Positions 13,245 to 27,733 of a DNA stretch of 64,000 bases are shown here, one piece after another. Every line of letters begins with the position of its first letter. Position 1 is the first letter of the stretch. The translations under genes and the position numbers were made by a program. The notes under the pieces were generated by a model. It was not told the DNA's origin, did no database searches, and worked only from the letters and a program-made list of their open reading frames with translations. Origin of the DNA: Octopus vulgaris. Lineage: Eukaryota. The stretch lies in the NCBI GenBank assembly GCA_951406725.2, contig OX597835.1:41354001-41418000 (forward strand). The letters are read 5' to 3'.

Positions 13245-14078
13245 TGGATGAAGATGTTTTGAGGGCAAAAGTTAAAGAAAACTCAAATATCATTAGTAGA
13301 GAACTTGCAGCGGAGTTGGAAGTTCCCAAAATTAGTACACCTCACGAACACCTAGTGAAGCTAAGATACATTTCTTGCTATAATTTATGGGACCCTCTCA
13401 GATTCTCAGAAAAGATATGTATTTGAAACAGAATGAAAGCATGCCTTTTCTGAAAAAAACTCGTGACTGGAGATGAAGAATGAATTGTGTATAAAAACGT
13501 AGTGTGAATAAGATACAAATATCCATGTCAGAAAAGCTATGCTTTGTGTTTGGTGGGATCATAAAGGCATTATTTATTATTGACTCCTTCTACAAAACCA
13601 GACCATTAATGCTGATGTGTACTGCCGTCAGCTGGTTAATTTGATCCAAAAAAATCAAAGAAATGAGGCTGGAGACTGTCAACAAAAAAGGGGTGGTGTT
13701 TCAACAAGACAATGCTCAGCCACATGAGTCTTTGGCTACCCGAACTTGGCTGGGATTTCTTACCCCATCCACCATGTTCTGATATTCTACCATCCGAATA
13801 CCATTTGTTTTTGTCTCTACAGAACTCATTGCAAGGAAAAATATTTAACAATTGACATGTAGTCAAAATGCATCTAGCTAACTTTTTTCATGAAAAGCAG
13901 TCAAATTCTATGCTGATGGAACATTTAAATTGCCTGTAGTGATGGGTGAAGGTCATTAATAATAATGGAAATTATTTCATTGAATAAAATTTATTGAAAG
14001 GTCAATTATTTATATCCCTTTTTGAATATTAAATAACACTTACATATAAAAAAACTTGGAATTTTTTGGACAACCTAA
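13245..14078 (+). mobile_element. Mariner transposase remnant with right TIR
   Basis: VTGDE, LCVWWD.KGII, FQQDNA.PH and PHPP motifs; ends ggacaacctaa|ta. Confidence 0.82.
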
Positions 14079-14107
14079 TATATATACATTCATACACACA
14101 CATACAC

Positions 14108-14142
<35 letters not shown>

Positions 14143-15321
14143 TCATCATCATCATTATCGTCGTTTAACGTTCACTTTCTATGCTGGCATGGATAGGACA
14201 GTTTGACTGAGGGCTGACAAACCAGAAGGCTGCACCAGGTTCCAATCTGATCTGACAAAGTTTCTACAGCTGGATGCCCTTCTTAACGCCAACCAGTCCG
14301 AGAATGTAGTAGATGCTTTTTACATGCCACTGGCATGAAGGTCAGTCAAGCGGTACTAGCATCGACCACGCTTGAATGGTGCTTTTAACGTGCCACTAGC
14401 ATGGGAGCCAGTTTGGCGGCACAGGCAACGACCATGGCTTCCGAAGTTGTCTGGAAGCCATGGTTGAAACCAATGGCTATTATATTTAATAAATTTACTC
14501 TTAAGAATTTCAAGATATTTTATGTCATATTTGTTAAAATAAATCTGTTAAAATGAGATGTCAGTGTTAATTTCATTTTTGAGTAATTTAAACAATATAT
14601 TCACCGCACCCTGTGTTTATATGTATGTATGTATGTGTGTGTGTGTGTGTATATATATATAATAATAAGTTAGCTTCCCAACCATATGGTTCCGGGTTCA
14701 GTCCCACTGCATGGCACCTTGGGTTAGTGTCTTTTAATATAGCTTCGGGTTGACCAAAGCTGTGTTAGTGGTTTTGTTAATAGTTTTGTTAGATGGAAAC
14801 TGAAAGAAGCCCACTGTGTATGTGTGCGTGTCTGTACTCTTTCACCACAACTTTCTCTCACTCTTCCTTCCTGTTTCTGTTGCACCTGTATTTCAAAGGG
14901 TCAGCCTTGTCACACATTTTGTCACGCTGAATCTCCCCAAGAACTACGTTAAGGGTACACGTGTCTGTGGAGTGCTCAGCCACTTGCATCTTAATAAATG
15001 AGCTGCGATGTCACTGGTGCCAAGCTGTATCGGCCCCTTTGCCTTTCCCTTGGATAACATCAGTGGCATGGAGAGAGGAGGCTGGTATGCATGGGCAACT
15101 GCTGGTCCTCCATAAACAACCTTGCACAGACTTGTGCCTCGGAGGGTAACTTTCTAGGTGCAATCCCATGGTCATTCATGACCGAAGGGAGTCACAACAT
15201 CTAGAATTACATTATTTAAGCATCCTTGCTATTTTTGAAGATGGAGAGTTCGCTGCTATTTCTAGCAGATTGTGCAATCATCTAGAGGACTCCTCTTGAT
15301 TTTTATTTTCATATGCTGAAT

Positions 15322-16095
15322 TGTTGTTGTGCAGACCTCAGATCAATCTTGACTGGACACAAATTACTGGGAAATTACTGAGAAACTTCAGTTTCAGTTT
15401 TTCTGTGCTCTAACGCACACCTGCCAGCAAGTTGAATGCATCCGGGCACAGCTGAATAGCCCTGGTGCGATTTCAAAATCATTCAACTGTAAAGTGAGAA
15501 TCTATGAGTGTGCAATGAGGCACAAAGAAGCCAGCGCCATTTTCAAACAGCGAGATCTCGCCTGCAACCATTATTTAAGGAAAAGACAATAACATTTTCC
15601 CTCTCATTCTTCTCACACTGACGCCGAGCAAGACTTCAAAGCCAGGAGCTCACAGCGGACTTTTGTCCCACTGTGATATCACATGCATTGTCTCCAGAGT
15701 TTACTGAACCTCACGTGTATGGGAGAGAAGGCTAACTACACACTGCTGTGAAGATGGTTACTGAAAGCAAACCCCTTGTACGAAGCACCTGTGAATAAAC
15801 GGTTATTGAATTTAAGGCAGCGAGCTGGCAGAAACATTAGCATAGCGGCCGAAATGCGTAGCCGTATTTCGTCTGCTGCTACGTTCTGAGTTCAAATTCT
15901 GCCGAGGTCGACTTTGCCTTTCATCCTTTCGGGGTCGATTAAATAAGTACCAGTTACGCACTGGGGTCGATGTAATTGACTTAATCCGTTTGTCCTCTCT
16001 ATGTTTAGCCCCTTGTGGGTAGTAAAGAAATAGGTTATTGAATTTACTCCACCTGAGGACTTCATTCTTCGTATTTCTAGCTCCTTGAATCAACA
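15322..16095 (+). mobile_element. Solo LTR (Gypsy-like) with a nested SINE
   Basis: TGTTG...CAACA termini, 4-bp TSD GAAT (15318-15321, 16096-16099), AATAAA at 15794. Confidence 0.7.
15815..16032 (+). mobile_element. tRNA-derived SINE family B (Meta-domain-like core)
   Basis: GTTCAAATTC B box, core GTCGACTTTGCCTTTCATCCTTTCGGGGTCGAT; 14-bp TSD ggttattgaattta; other copies at about 17260-17492, 19774-20188, 44459-44688, 47178-47565, 50860-51022, 52120-52335, 56265-56630. Confidence 0.88.
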
Positions 16096-19000
16096 GAATA
16101 ATTTATATTGGAAGAAGATACCCCAGAAGTGTCATAAAAAAAACCTTCCTCCCATTATAAGTGTATCAAATTTCTTTTATATCTGCTTTTCTCCCTAGCA
16201 ACTGCAATGTACCTGGCTTTTTAGCAGATGAAATCTGTGACAAGCATATTTCTGCCTACCTAAATTCTGCTCAAATGTTTTTGTGTTTCAACACAAATGT
16301 ATGACGACAAATATATCAGAGAATACACCTGATACGATATCTTTATCTTTTTATCGTTTACTTGTTTCAGTCATTAGACTATGGCCATGCTGGGGCACCA
16401 CTTTGAAGAACTTTTAGTTGAATGAAGTGAGCCCAGTGCCTATTTTGTTTTTCAAGCCTGGTTCTCATTCTATCTGTCACTTTTGCTGAACTGCTAAGTT
16501 ACAGCGATGTAAACATGCCAATGGCGGTTGTCAAGCAGTGGCAGAGGACAAACACAGGTACAAAAACACACATATGCGCATATATACATGATGGGCTTCT
16601 TTCAGTTTCCATCTACCAAATCCACTCACAAGGCTTTGATCAGCCTGAGACACAAACAAATGCAATGGAGCAGAGAGACCCTTCGTAAGAGTCACGACAC
16701 AATGTGATGTATTAAGCAAATGGCACTTTGACACTAACATTTAAACTCATACTGGTAATCGTGTGTATGAGTTTGGTGAGTAGTACATGAATTTGTATGT
16801 GGGAGTGGGGGAGGTGTTTAAAAATGCACATTGTTATCAGAAAAGGAAGTAAGCAATCCGGGGATCAATTAGATGAAAGAAACTTTGCTACACTAAGTAT
16901 AACAGGATCTTATGGGCTAAATATTCCACGAATTATATTGAAATAAATTCTGTGAATTAAGAGCACACACACACATACACACACACACATGCATACTAAT
17001 GTGTCTGTATATGTACATGTAAGTATGTTTGTATGTATGTGTGTGCGTGTCTGTTCCCTTTTGTTTTTCAATATTTGAGGTCTTCTTGTAAAGAAGGATC
17101 TGGTTTCTAACAAAGCTACAAAGCCCCCCCTTGTTGAAATGTAGATAACAAAAGCAAATTCATATTTTAAACTTGAGAAAAGCTTTACATACGTAACTTT
17201 ACTGTTCTGCTCACAGATTGCATGGTAATGTGCAAGTTAGCTAGCGGATTACTTTGTCTTATTTCTTTACTGCCCACAAGCGGCTAAACACAGAGAGGAC
17301 AAACAAGGACAGACAAAGGGATTAAGTCGATTACATCGACCCCAGTGCGTAACTGGTACTTATTTAATCGACCCATAAAGGATGAAAGGCAAAGTCGACC
17401 TCGGCAGAATTTGAACTCAGAACGTAGCGGCATACAAAATACAGCTAAGCATTTCGTCCGGTGTGCTAACCTTTCTGCCAGCTCACCGCCTTAGGGTTTT
17501 TCTGCAAACCCTACCTTATCCAGATTGTCACTTAGTCATTTTCACACATATATACATATACATGCACACATACATATGCACACACATATATACTAATATA
17601 TAAATATGAATACATAGACACACACACATACTAATATACACACACATACTCACCTTGTAACTTGTGAGTACACTCTGACATGTCATCACCAACATCTCTA
17701 TCCTCTTCCTAGTTACTCCTCCTACTCCTCTATAATAATATATGACGGCCATCATCATCATCCTCCAGTTTAATATATATCGCTCATGTAATAAATTTTG
17801 TGTGCAATGTGTGTGTGTGTGTGTATGTGCGTGTGCACATGCATGTGTATGTGTGTATAGATGCAGGTCTGGCTGTGTGGTAAGAAGTTTACTTTTCAAC
17901 CACATGGTTCTCGGTTCAGTCCTACAGCGTGGAACCTTGGACATTGCAGTTGCCATTGAGAAAAAATCTCTCTTATGGTAAAAAGGTGTGAAAACACCGG
18001 TTCATTCAATGTTGTCCTCTATTAGGTATCTCAGACATTGATGTTTTGAGTTTTTTGGCTCTTGTCAAGGCGTTAGGAAGGGCATCCAGCTGTAGAAACT
18101 CTGCCAGATCAACATTGGAGCCTGGTGCAGCCATCTGGTTCCCCAGCTGGATGATTTGACTGAGGGCTGGGGAACCAGATGGCTGGACCAGGCTTCAATC
18201 TTGATCTGGCAGAGTTCCTACAGCTCGATGTCCTTCCTAATGCCAACCACTCCGAGAGTGTAGTGGGTGCTTTTTACATGCCACCGGCACGGGGGCCAGT
18301 CAGGTGGTACTGGCAATGACCTCACTTGAATCTTTTTACACGTGCCACTGGCACAGGTGCCAGTAAGGTGATGCTGGTAACGATTACGCTCGAATGGTGC
18401 CCTTTTACATGCCACCGGCATGGAGGCCAGATAGCCGCTCTGGCAACGATCACGCTTGGATGGTGCTCTTAGCACCCTATTAACACGGGGCACAAGTGCC
18501 AGTAAAGCGACGCCGGTAACAATCACACTCGAATGGTGCCTTTTATGTACCACTGGCACAGAAGCCGGTTAGCCGCTCTAGGAGATTGGAAAAAAGATAT
18601 TTTGGTATTCTTTATTCCCCATTACACCTTCTCCATTTGCTAATGTGTGTGTCATCTTCAGTCGTCCTGACATTTGTGTGTTGACTGTAAACAGCCACCA
18701 TTTATAAAAACAGTGTCAGTTGTTTGCAGTCTGCTGTGAAAACATGTCTCCCCATTGAGCTGTTCGTTATTTGAACATCTGGGAGGAGATATTAGTTTGC
18801 CTGGAAACAAGCGCTGGTCAGCATGAAGCAAAGCATCTAGCTGCAGAAAACCTGCATCAACAGATTCAATCTGACACATGGAAGCAAGGAAAAAACAAAA
18901 GTAGAGGCTAAAAGTGATGATGAAGATAGTGGTGATGATGATGATGGTGTGTGTTTATGAAACTGTTCCGTTTTTCATATATTCCTACAAACTACTAATG

Positions 19001-19214
19001 CCAGACTGTGTTTGGTAAGCAACAGCAGAGAGAGAGAGTGACTGGCACCCTAATTATATGAAATCTTATCCAGTTCAATGCATGAAACTGTGTTAAATAC
19101 ACCAAATCTCTCAGTTCTCCATCCTACTTCCTACCCAACGGTTACAAGATATTTATATATAAATATGAACATACAACTCACATGTTTGTATGTAGGTAGG
19201 GACATATGTGCATA

Positions 19215-19265
<51 letters not shown>

Positions 19266-20364
19266 ACATTTTTTACTGAACCCTAATTATATAACGTAAT
19301 GTTTTAAATATACCATAAATCGTCTTTTTACATACTGAGCACTACTTGGTAAAATTAATTAATAATTAATTAATTTTACCCTTTTATTATTGACAATATA
19401 TATATATATATATACACACATACACACACACAAAGTCCACATGGAGGCTTGTTTTTGTTGTGTGTGTGTGAGAGAGTGTGTATATGTATGCAGGCTTTGG
19501 GTGTGTGACTGATGTTGCTAGGGCAAGCCGCTTTTTTAAAATGTTGGGTGTGTCTGATTTATTTGCATATAAATATGACACCCACTCACCCACAAATACA
19601 CACACACACACACAGATATATACAAACATGCAAAAATGTGTGTGCACATACACGTTTTTATACATTAAGCCCATATACACTTATACATGTCTACATACAC
19701 TCCCCTGCCTACACACACATGCACAGACATACACACACGCATACACATCTTGTTGCCAATATTTCCAAGCCTTAAGGCAGCGAGCTGGCAGAAACGTTAG
19801 CTGGGCGAAATGCTGAGCGGTATTTCATCTGTCGTTACATTCTGAGTTCAAATTCCGCCGAGGTCGACTTTGCCTTTCATCCTTTCGGTGTCGATTAAAT
19901 AAGTACCAGTTACGAACTGGAGTCAAATAATCGACTTAATCAGTTAGTCTGTCCTTGTTTGTCCCCTCTATGTTTAGCCCCTTGTGGGCAGTAAAGAAAT
20001 AAGAAATGTTAGTATGCCAGGCAAAATGCGTAGCGGTATTTTATCTGTCTTTACGTTCTGAGTTCAAATCCCACTGAGGAAGACTTTGCCTTTCGTCCTT
20101 TCGGGATCGATACATTAAGTATTAATCTAATTGACTGGACCCCCTCCTCAAAAATTTCAGGCCTTGTGCCTAGAGTAGAAAAGATTATTGTCAAGCCTTT
20201 CTCTTGCCTTTCAGTATTCTTCATTTCACAATGAAGGGGAGCACAAATCAAGACATGACACAGGTTGGCCAATACCTATACTGTTGGCATTATAAAATCA
20301 AAACTGCTGATAAGGGATAAAATCACCTCCCTGGGGCTGTTCCTGAGGGTGAAAATGTAATGAG

Positions 20365-20832
20365 TCTTTGGGACTTTCCAGTACAAACAGACAGAACCAT
20401 CAAAGCTAATAAACCACATATTGTTGTGCAAGACCAAAACAATAAAGTCCTTGTGATCATAATATCTCAACAAAAGAATTTGACAAGCTCAGAAAAAAGA
20501 TTTGCTAATTGAAATTTTTAAGATGTGGCATCCCAAGGCAGTTACAATACCAGTGATTGTTGGAGTACTAGGAAGGATCAAAAAAGGAACTGAAAATTAT
20601 TTAAGCATGAACACTAGCTTACCATCCATACAAAAGGTGCAGAAGATTGTTTTTACTGGTACATTACACACATTGAGAAGAGCATTGTTGCCGTGAGAAT
20701 GAGTACCACCCAGGTAAAGATTTTTTCACATAACTTTATAAATAAACAATTTTTGTCCTAAGTGTCAGGAAGACACCTGGCAAAACATGGAAACGAAAAC
20801 TGAAAGAAGGAAAACTCATCCTGATAATAATA
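20365..20832 (+). mobile_element. R4/Dong LINE C-terminal restriction-like endonuclease fragment
   Basis: WDFPVQTDRTIKANKP, MW....TIPVIVGVLG, QKIV..GT...LRR; (TAA) tail. Confidence 0.75.
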
Positions 20833-21510
20833 CTGAGTAATGTTAAAGATAATCTCTTACCAGGAAACAGTGAAAACTAAAACTGGAAGCAATTATGAGG
20901 GCTGAGGACCAAGTGCCACTCATGTTTAAGTGGGACTTGATGAAATGATGCTGTCACGATATGACTGGTGTTTGTGTTTATTTGATTGAAAGAGACAGAA
21001 TTGCTATTTTCCCCTTAGAGACCTGGATGTCTTGGAGGTCGCCATTTACGGAATCACAGCAAGGTTGGTGTGTGGTGTCTAAGCTTGCACGTGGCTATGG
21101 GGCAGATGGGAAACAGCATGGAGGAATGAAAGGCCAGATCATGTATCATTTGCACAAGAACAGGTATTGACTGATGAGAAGGTAAATATGTCATTAGAGT
21201 ATAGAAAGAGAAAGAAAGTGGAAGAAAACTGATCCCTGGGGCATGCCCCAGGGGTGATAGAGTGCTGGGCAGAAAGTGCTCTGTCAACACATAACATGCT
21301 GGGGTAGTCTAATAGAAAGCACCTGATCCAAGGTGCACACACACACACGCATACATGTGCGTACACACACACACACACACACAATAACATTATGCATTAA
21401 TACCATACAAACGCACATAAATACATGATCCTAACAACAGACTCACTCAATGTTGGATGCATATTGACCATTCCCACTAAGAAAAAAAACCCAGTTAAAC
21501 AGGATAAGTA

Positions 21511-22076
21511 TTGGGATGTCCGGAAAGTTCTTGCCGATTTATAGTAGCTTACATTTCGACTTATTTTAGAACATGGTTGAGTCCATAAAATAGGATTTGA
21601 CTACACCTCCATTTAGAGCACAGTTTAAGCTATCTTTTCGTGGAAAAAGATTTATGTTCCTATAACCTGTGTTAATTCTGTAACCCTTTAAAATGGAAGA
21701 TAAGAAAGTTCATTTTTGGCATTTGATGCTTTGGGAACCAGACAAAAATTGCTGCAGCTCGGCTGAGATGTGTTACCCCACCCTCCATATTAACCAAATA
21801 TTGCTCCTTCAGATTTCCACTTATTCAGGTCTCTGCAGAATAATCTTAATGGTAAACATTTCAATTCCTTGGATGACGTAAAAAGATACCTTGATGAATT
21901 CTTTGCCATGAAGCCACCTCAATTCTGGGAAGAGGGTATTTTCAAGTTAAAGGAAAGATGGAAACGCATTGTGCAACAAAATGGTTCATATTTGGTTGAT
22001 TAAAAATGTAATGGCAAGTATTTATCGACCTTTTTCTTTCCTTTAAAAATTGGCACGAACTTTCTGGACAACCCAA
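21511..22076 (+). mobile_element. Internally deleted mariner element
   Basis: TIRs ttgggatgtccggaaagttc / gaactttctggacaacccaa, TA TSD; transposase C-terminal remnants (HPP..IAPSDFHLF). Confidence 0.88.
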
Positions 22077-23507
22077 TAGTTTGTCATACAGTATAAAATA
22101 TTGTCAATTATATTCTGAAAATTAAGCATTATGCATTGTGCAGGAGGTAACAATTAATGGTTTCTAATTATTTTATGAGTAACATATATTAAAATAATGA
22201 TGCCAGTGTGTTGTGGCTATATATAGAAATTTATTCCTACAAAATTCTTAGAATAATGATTAACTGGCCAAATCCTGTTTTTATTCATAGTAAATTATTC
22301 TCTCATCAACTTCAAGGTTGCCAGCATCCTTTTCTCTACAATACTCAGTAGAGATGGTGACCACAAGCAAGAGTTCCTGGTTTGGGGTAAGAGAAAATAC
22401 AGGAGGATCAGTTACTCTTTACTCTCTCTCTTTTACTTGTTTCAGTCATTTGACTGCGGCCATGCTGGAGCACTGCCTTTAATCGAGCAACTCGACCCCG
22501 GGACTTATTCTTTTGTAAGCCCAGTACTTATTCTATCGGTCTCTTTTGCCGAACCGCTAAGTGACGGGGACGTAAACACACCAGCATCGGTTGTCAAGCA
22601 ATGCTAGGGGGACAAACACAGACACACAAACATATACACACATATATACATATATACGACAGGCTTCTTTCAGTTTCCGTCTACCAAATCCACTCACAAG
22701 GCATTGGTCGGCCCAGGGCTATAGCAGAAGACACTTGCCCAAGATGCCATGCAGTGGGACTGAACCCGGAACCATGTGGTTGGTTAGCAAGCTACTTACC
22801 ACACAGCCACTCCTGCGCCTATGATTTTATTCAACACATTCCCCTCTCAGATTCACACACTTATTACAGTGGTCCTCCAAGCAGTTGGGCCTCCAAGCAG
22901 GCTGTAGGGACCTTGCTTGGCCCTGCCTGAGATTTCAAACCAAATCCACTCCCTTGTTGCTTGTTAAAACAAGTGGGAGGAGGTGTCCTTTGTTTGCCTC
23001 TCCACACCAGATGATTGATGGGAAACACTTGACCCCCAAGGACCTGTGCTGGTCAAGGAATGGTCAGTCCTTAGTTTATATAACAGAGAGCATGTCCTAT
23101 CTCTCCCTCTTTTGTGTCAGCCATGACCAAGGAGTAACACTTCCCTTTGTATTTCACTAGACATACAAGAAAGATGATGCCACCTTTATCCTTTCTTCCT
23201 CTCTTGTCAGCACCATGTATTCCTTACCCTTTCACTCTAACAACAACAACTTCTACACTATCAACTACCAACCAACGAGCCAACCTTTTTGTCACCGTCA
23301 CTACAATTACTGCTGTCTCTCTAACCACAAACGAAGAAATATATGTAAACAATATTTCTTCCTTCTTGGTGTTGATTCTTCGATGTTCTTCACTGGTTAC
23401 TCCGACATGAGAACCTTCAAGCGTTACATCTACATGCTACATTTGGTAGTCAGCTACATCATGGCAGGTCACTTCAGCCACTACAAAGCCTTTCACGATA
23501 CCCTTAG

Positions 23508-23727
23508 CCCTTTCGTTACTGTATTTATTTTGAGATGCTCTCTGTTTCTTTCAATTACTTTAAATATAACAAAGAATTTAGTAAAATAACTTAGTTATCA
23601 TTAAGCTAGTGTTAGGAACATAAACTGTGACTAAGGTTTGGTGGAAGATTTTAATTCAAAACTTATGGAAACAAGACATTTGTACACAGAGCCAGAGCCA
23701 GTTTCAGTCGGGTTGGTAACGAAGGGG
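23508..23727. mobile_element. piggyBac-like MITE, same family, opposite orientation to 10028
   Basis: ccctttcgttac ... gtaacgaagggg|ttaa; body matches 10028-10249. Confidence 0.8.
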
Positions 23728-23884
23728 TTAAAGCCAGTAACTTTTCAGTACCATCATCATCATATAATCCATACTCAGTATATGTGGTCACCACATACAA
23801 CTCTGTTCATTAGAGATACGTTAGTTATGTTAGCACTTTTAGTTTCCTTTTCTCACCACCATCACCCCGACCACACCACCACAC

Positions 23885-24190
23885 AAAATCTCTCGTGGAG
23901 GCGCCATCCAACCAAAATGCAAATATATGGGAAACTACCACCTGTATCATCTCTTGTGGAAGGTAGGAGAGTCCAGTTTGCTGAAAATGAGGTAATTTCT
24001 ACTCTTCTCCTCTGGAAGCCATCTACTCGCAACACCAGAGGGCGCACACTCTCCTACCCTGATGTAATCTCCAGGAATACCGGCATCCAGCAACAGGACC
24101 TCCGTAATGCCATGATGGACCGTGAAGTCTGGCGTAGCATGGTAAATTCCATTGTCTCGACCACAGTCGAACAATGATGAAATGATGATG
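23885..24190 (+). mobile_element. Non-LTR retrotransposon 3' end (RTE-related)
   Basis: LLLWKP....RGR...YPDVI......L..AMMDREVWR followed by a (TGA)n tail. Confidence 0.7.
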
Positions 24191-24933
24191 ACACCACCGC
24201 TATCATCAAAACGGACCTATTTATTTTACAGTAAATAATTTCCTTGTTTCTGCGTCTATATTTTTGCTGGAGTCTAAGCACTGTCTCTTCAAATCACAGC
24301 AAAATAAAAGACAAGTCTATGTACCATGTAAGAGCTCAGTTCCACCACTTGGTCCACAACCCAACTCATTAATTAAGTTTATTTCTTATATTATTCACCA
24401 CGAACTGAGCAAGTGGCCAATTAGGTCAGCTATATTTCTTGGTCCACTACCTGACTCATTATCTCATTCACCATATGGTCAATTAGGTTCTCTGAGGCCA
24501 CTATGTTTATTTCTCATATTATTCACCACGAACTGCGTAAGTGACCAATTAGGCCAGCCAGACCACTTGGTCCACCACTTGACTCATTACTTCATTCACC
24601 ATGTAGCCAATTAGGTCCTTCATGGCTGATGCCGGTGTCACATAACTGGTGGCACGGAAAAGGCACCTGTGCCAGTGTTTTACCAGTTCAGTGCCATGGT
24701 CTACCAGTTCCGGTCAAACTGTTTAACCCAAGCCAGCACAGAAAGTGGATGCTAAATGATGATGATGATGATACATTTCAACTTGGTGAAAATATGTTGA
24801 CCTCCTCTTAAACCAGCCGATCGTCTGATGCCTCTGTTTTTCCATTGGTTGGTGGAATTTTGGTAACAGTCACAGAGTATATATGGTAGTGGTGGTTGGT
24901 GGCGGGGGGGGGGTGTCTTATGGTCAGATCTTC

Positions 24934-25023
24934 TTACTTGCTCACCCTACAACATGCTAAGTATAACTCATGTATGTGCTCTTGGGCTTTTTCCATGAAA
25001 TTTGTAGTTGTCATAATTTTGGT
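24934..25023 (-). CDS. Slimp: SLIMP-like probable exon N (to in-frame TAA, or spliced at 24946)
   Basis: Strong acceptor ttttttctttcattttctcag|ACC, phase 0; TKIMTTTNFMEKAQEHIHELYLACCR then either donor AGG|gtgagc or VSK*; no clear SerRS homology. Confidence 0.6.
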   Translation of the reverse strand, partial: TKIMTTTNFMEKAQEHIHELYLACCRVSK

Positions 25024-26764
25024 CTGAGAAAATGAAAGAAAAAAACTGAAAACCTAAAACAGATCCTGTTTCGAAAGAAAAGATTTAAACAGGAGATAAA
25101 TCACAACACAAGAGACATAACTAAAATCTGAAACAAAGGAAGGAAATTATATAGAAATTTCGAAATTCAATAGAAACAGGATCTTAAAATCACAAAATAG
25201 ATATTTTTGTCAACAGGTGAAGTGTAAAGCATGGAAAATCAATCAATTCAAATAGAATAGAATTTAACAATAGAAACAGGTGGGAAATTCACCAAATAAA
25301 GAAAATGCAGAAACATTTTGGAGAAAAATAAAAGAAGTAGAAAAGCTTTCATTGAATAAAGAAACTGAACTATAAAGCAGAACAAAAACCACCAAACGAA
25401 TAAGAAGATATGAAGGTAACATAAAGGGAACCATATTAGGACAAAAGTAACTGGAGATCATCATCATCATCATTTAGCGTCCGCTTTCCATGCTAGCATG
25501 GGTTGGATGGTTCAACTGGGGTCTGGGAAGCCAGAAGGCTGCACCAGGCCCAGTCTGATCTGGCAGTGCTTTTACAGCTGGATGCCCTTCCTAACGCCAA
25601 CCACTCCATGAGTGTAGTGGGTGCTTTTTACGTGCCACCAGCAAGGTGCCAGACAGGACTGGCAAACGGCCATGATCGGATGGTACTTTTTACATGCCAC
25701 CGGCACGGGGGCCAGACGAGGCTGGCAACGGCCACAATTGGATGGTGCTTTTTACGTGCCACCGGCACAGAGGCCAGTTGGGGCTGGCAAACGGCCACAA
25801 TCGGATGGTGCTTTTTACGTGCCACTGGCATGGGGGCCAGACGAGGCTGGCAAATGGCCGTGATTGGATGGTGCTTTTTACGTGCCACTGGCACAGAGGC
25901 CAGTCGGGGCGGCGCTGGCAATGGTCACGTTTGGATGGTTCAGCACTGGTATCACAGCTACAATTTCCATTAACAAAATCCCAACATATCTTAGAGAAAC
26001 TGAAATAAGCAGAATGTGGAATACTGGTAGCTACAAGAGCAGTCTGTTGTTTTAGTAATACTATAAGTTATGAAGTTTCCAGTATGGTGAAGGTGGGGAG
26101 GTTAAAGAATTTCTGGAAAACCTTAGACGTGTGAACTAAATCCTAATGGAGACGTGTCTGTACATGCGTCACTGAATTCATTTCTAACTCACAACTTGCT
26201 GCCAGCATCTCTGTACTTGTAGGCTTCTCATAAACATTTAATTTAACCCTTGTTTTCTTTAACCACCAGACCTGAGAGTGTGGTACTCAGTCAAAAGCTT
26301 TTTTTCGGGTTGATGAATGTAAAGCATAGTGGTTTACTCATAGCTTAGAAAGCCTGTAGCCGTTACACACACACACACACACACACAGATACACATAGGT
26401 ACAGGCATGGCTGTGTGGTAAGAAGCTTACTTCCCAACCACATGGTTCCGTGTTCAGTCCCACTGCATGGCACCTTGGGCAAATGTCTTCTACTATAGCC
26501 TTGGGCTAACCAAAGTCTTGTGAGTGGATTTGATAGACAGAAACTGAAAGAAACTCATCATATATATATATATATATATATATAGGGAGAGTTTACAAAA
26601 CAAACAAAAGACGAAGACAGGTGGTGTACAAAACAAACAGATGTATTAGTATAACGCTCAGGAATAGAAAAAGTCTTTTACGTTTTGAGCCTACGCTCTT
26701 CTACAGAAAGGGACACAGAAAAAAAACAAGGAGAGAAAAAAATGTGTGTAGTGGCTAACGATCT

Positions 26765-26799
<35 letters not shown>

Positions 26800-26997
26800 A
26801 CTATTATAATTATTAGGGAATATTACATCCGAGTACACAGGAAAAAGACATTCAAATTAGATGTACTAAAATGAACATCTCTCAATATTTAAATTGTATA
26901 AATATATAAAAGTAGTTTTAGAGACAGAACCACCTTCAACTCAATCAACACTGAAAGATTTTATACCCAACCACTCCATAAAATATTAAAAATTAAA

Positions 26998-27733
26998 TCT
27001 TATACTAACTAAATCTATTCTGAATCCTGTATTTTCCGTTTATAAGACTACACACGGGTTTCATGATGTTCTTGTTTTAATTTTGCCAGTTTACTAAAGC
27101 TACTCAAGCTGGTTAAGGTTGAAATCATCCATTTCATAAGACTTCAAGTCAGACCAAAATCTATGGCAAAGTGGAAGCGGATTTGTAATTTAAGCGCAGA
27201 AAATGGGTGCAAAATTTCAAAAATTAAGGCAAGATTTTTGAAGCTGAAAAAAAATTTCTCATTTTAACCTTTTATTTTTTATTGTTTACAGTTTTCATTT
27301 TTTCTGAAAGAAATTTACAGCTGCATGTAGTCCATGTTTATGGCTTTCATTTGCATGGTCAATCGTCGAAAAATTCCCCAAATAAGTACTAAATTTAACA
27401 AAGAAATCCTTTTTTTCCTTATTTTTAATCGTTCAAATAGAGGCACGTACAAAAGGAAACTGTGCTTTCTGTTGTCACTGCCTGATATTTATGATTGATC
27501 TTTCAAAATATTTCTTTCTCAACTTACTCAAGATCTTTTGTTTTTTATAAATGGGCATGAGGTAAATAGAGAAAGATAAAGAGTAAGAGAAAGCGAGGGA
27601 GAGTCCAAGAGAAAGGAAGAGTAAGAGAGAGAGAAACAAAGAGGGAGAATGTGGTGAAAAGAAACAGAAAGGAAGCAACAGAAAGTAACAACCACACCCT
27701 CACCCGTGAGTAAAGCGGGTCACCTTAAGCTAG
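26998..27733 (+). mobile_element. Non-autonomous Helitron
   Basis: A|TC start (5' end uncertain), subterminal hairpin acccgtgagtaaagcgggt, CTAG|T end. Confidence 0.6.
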
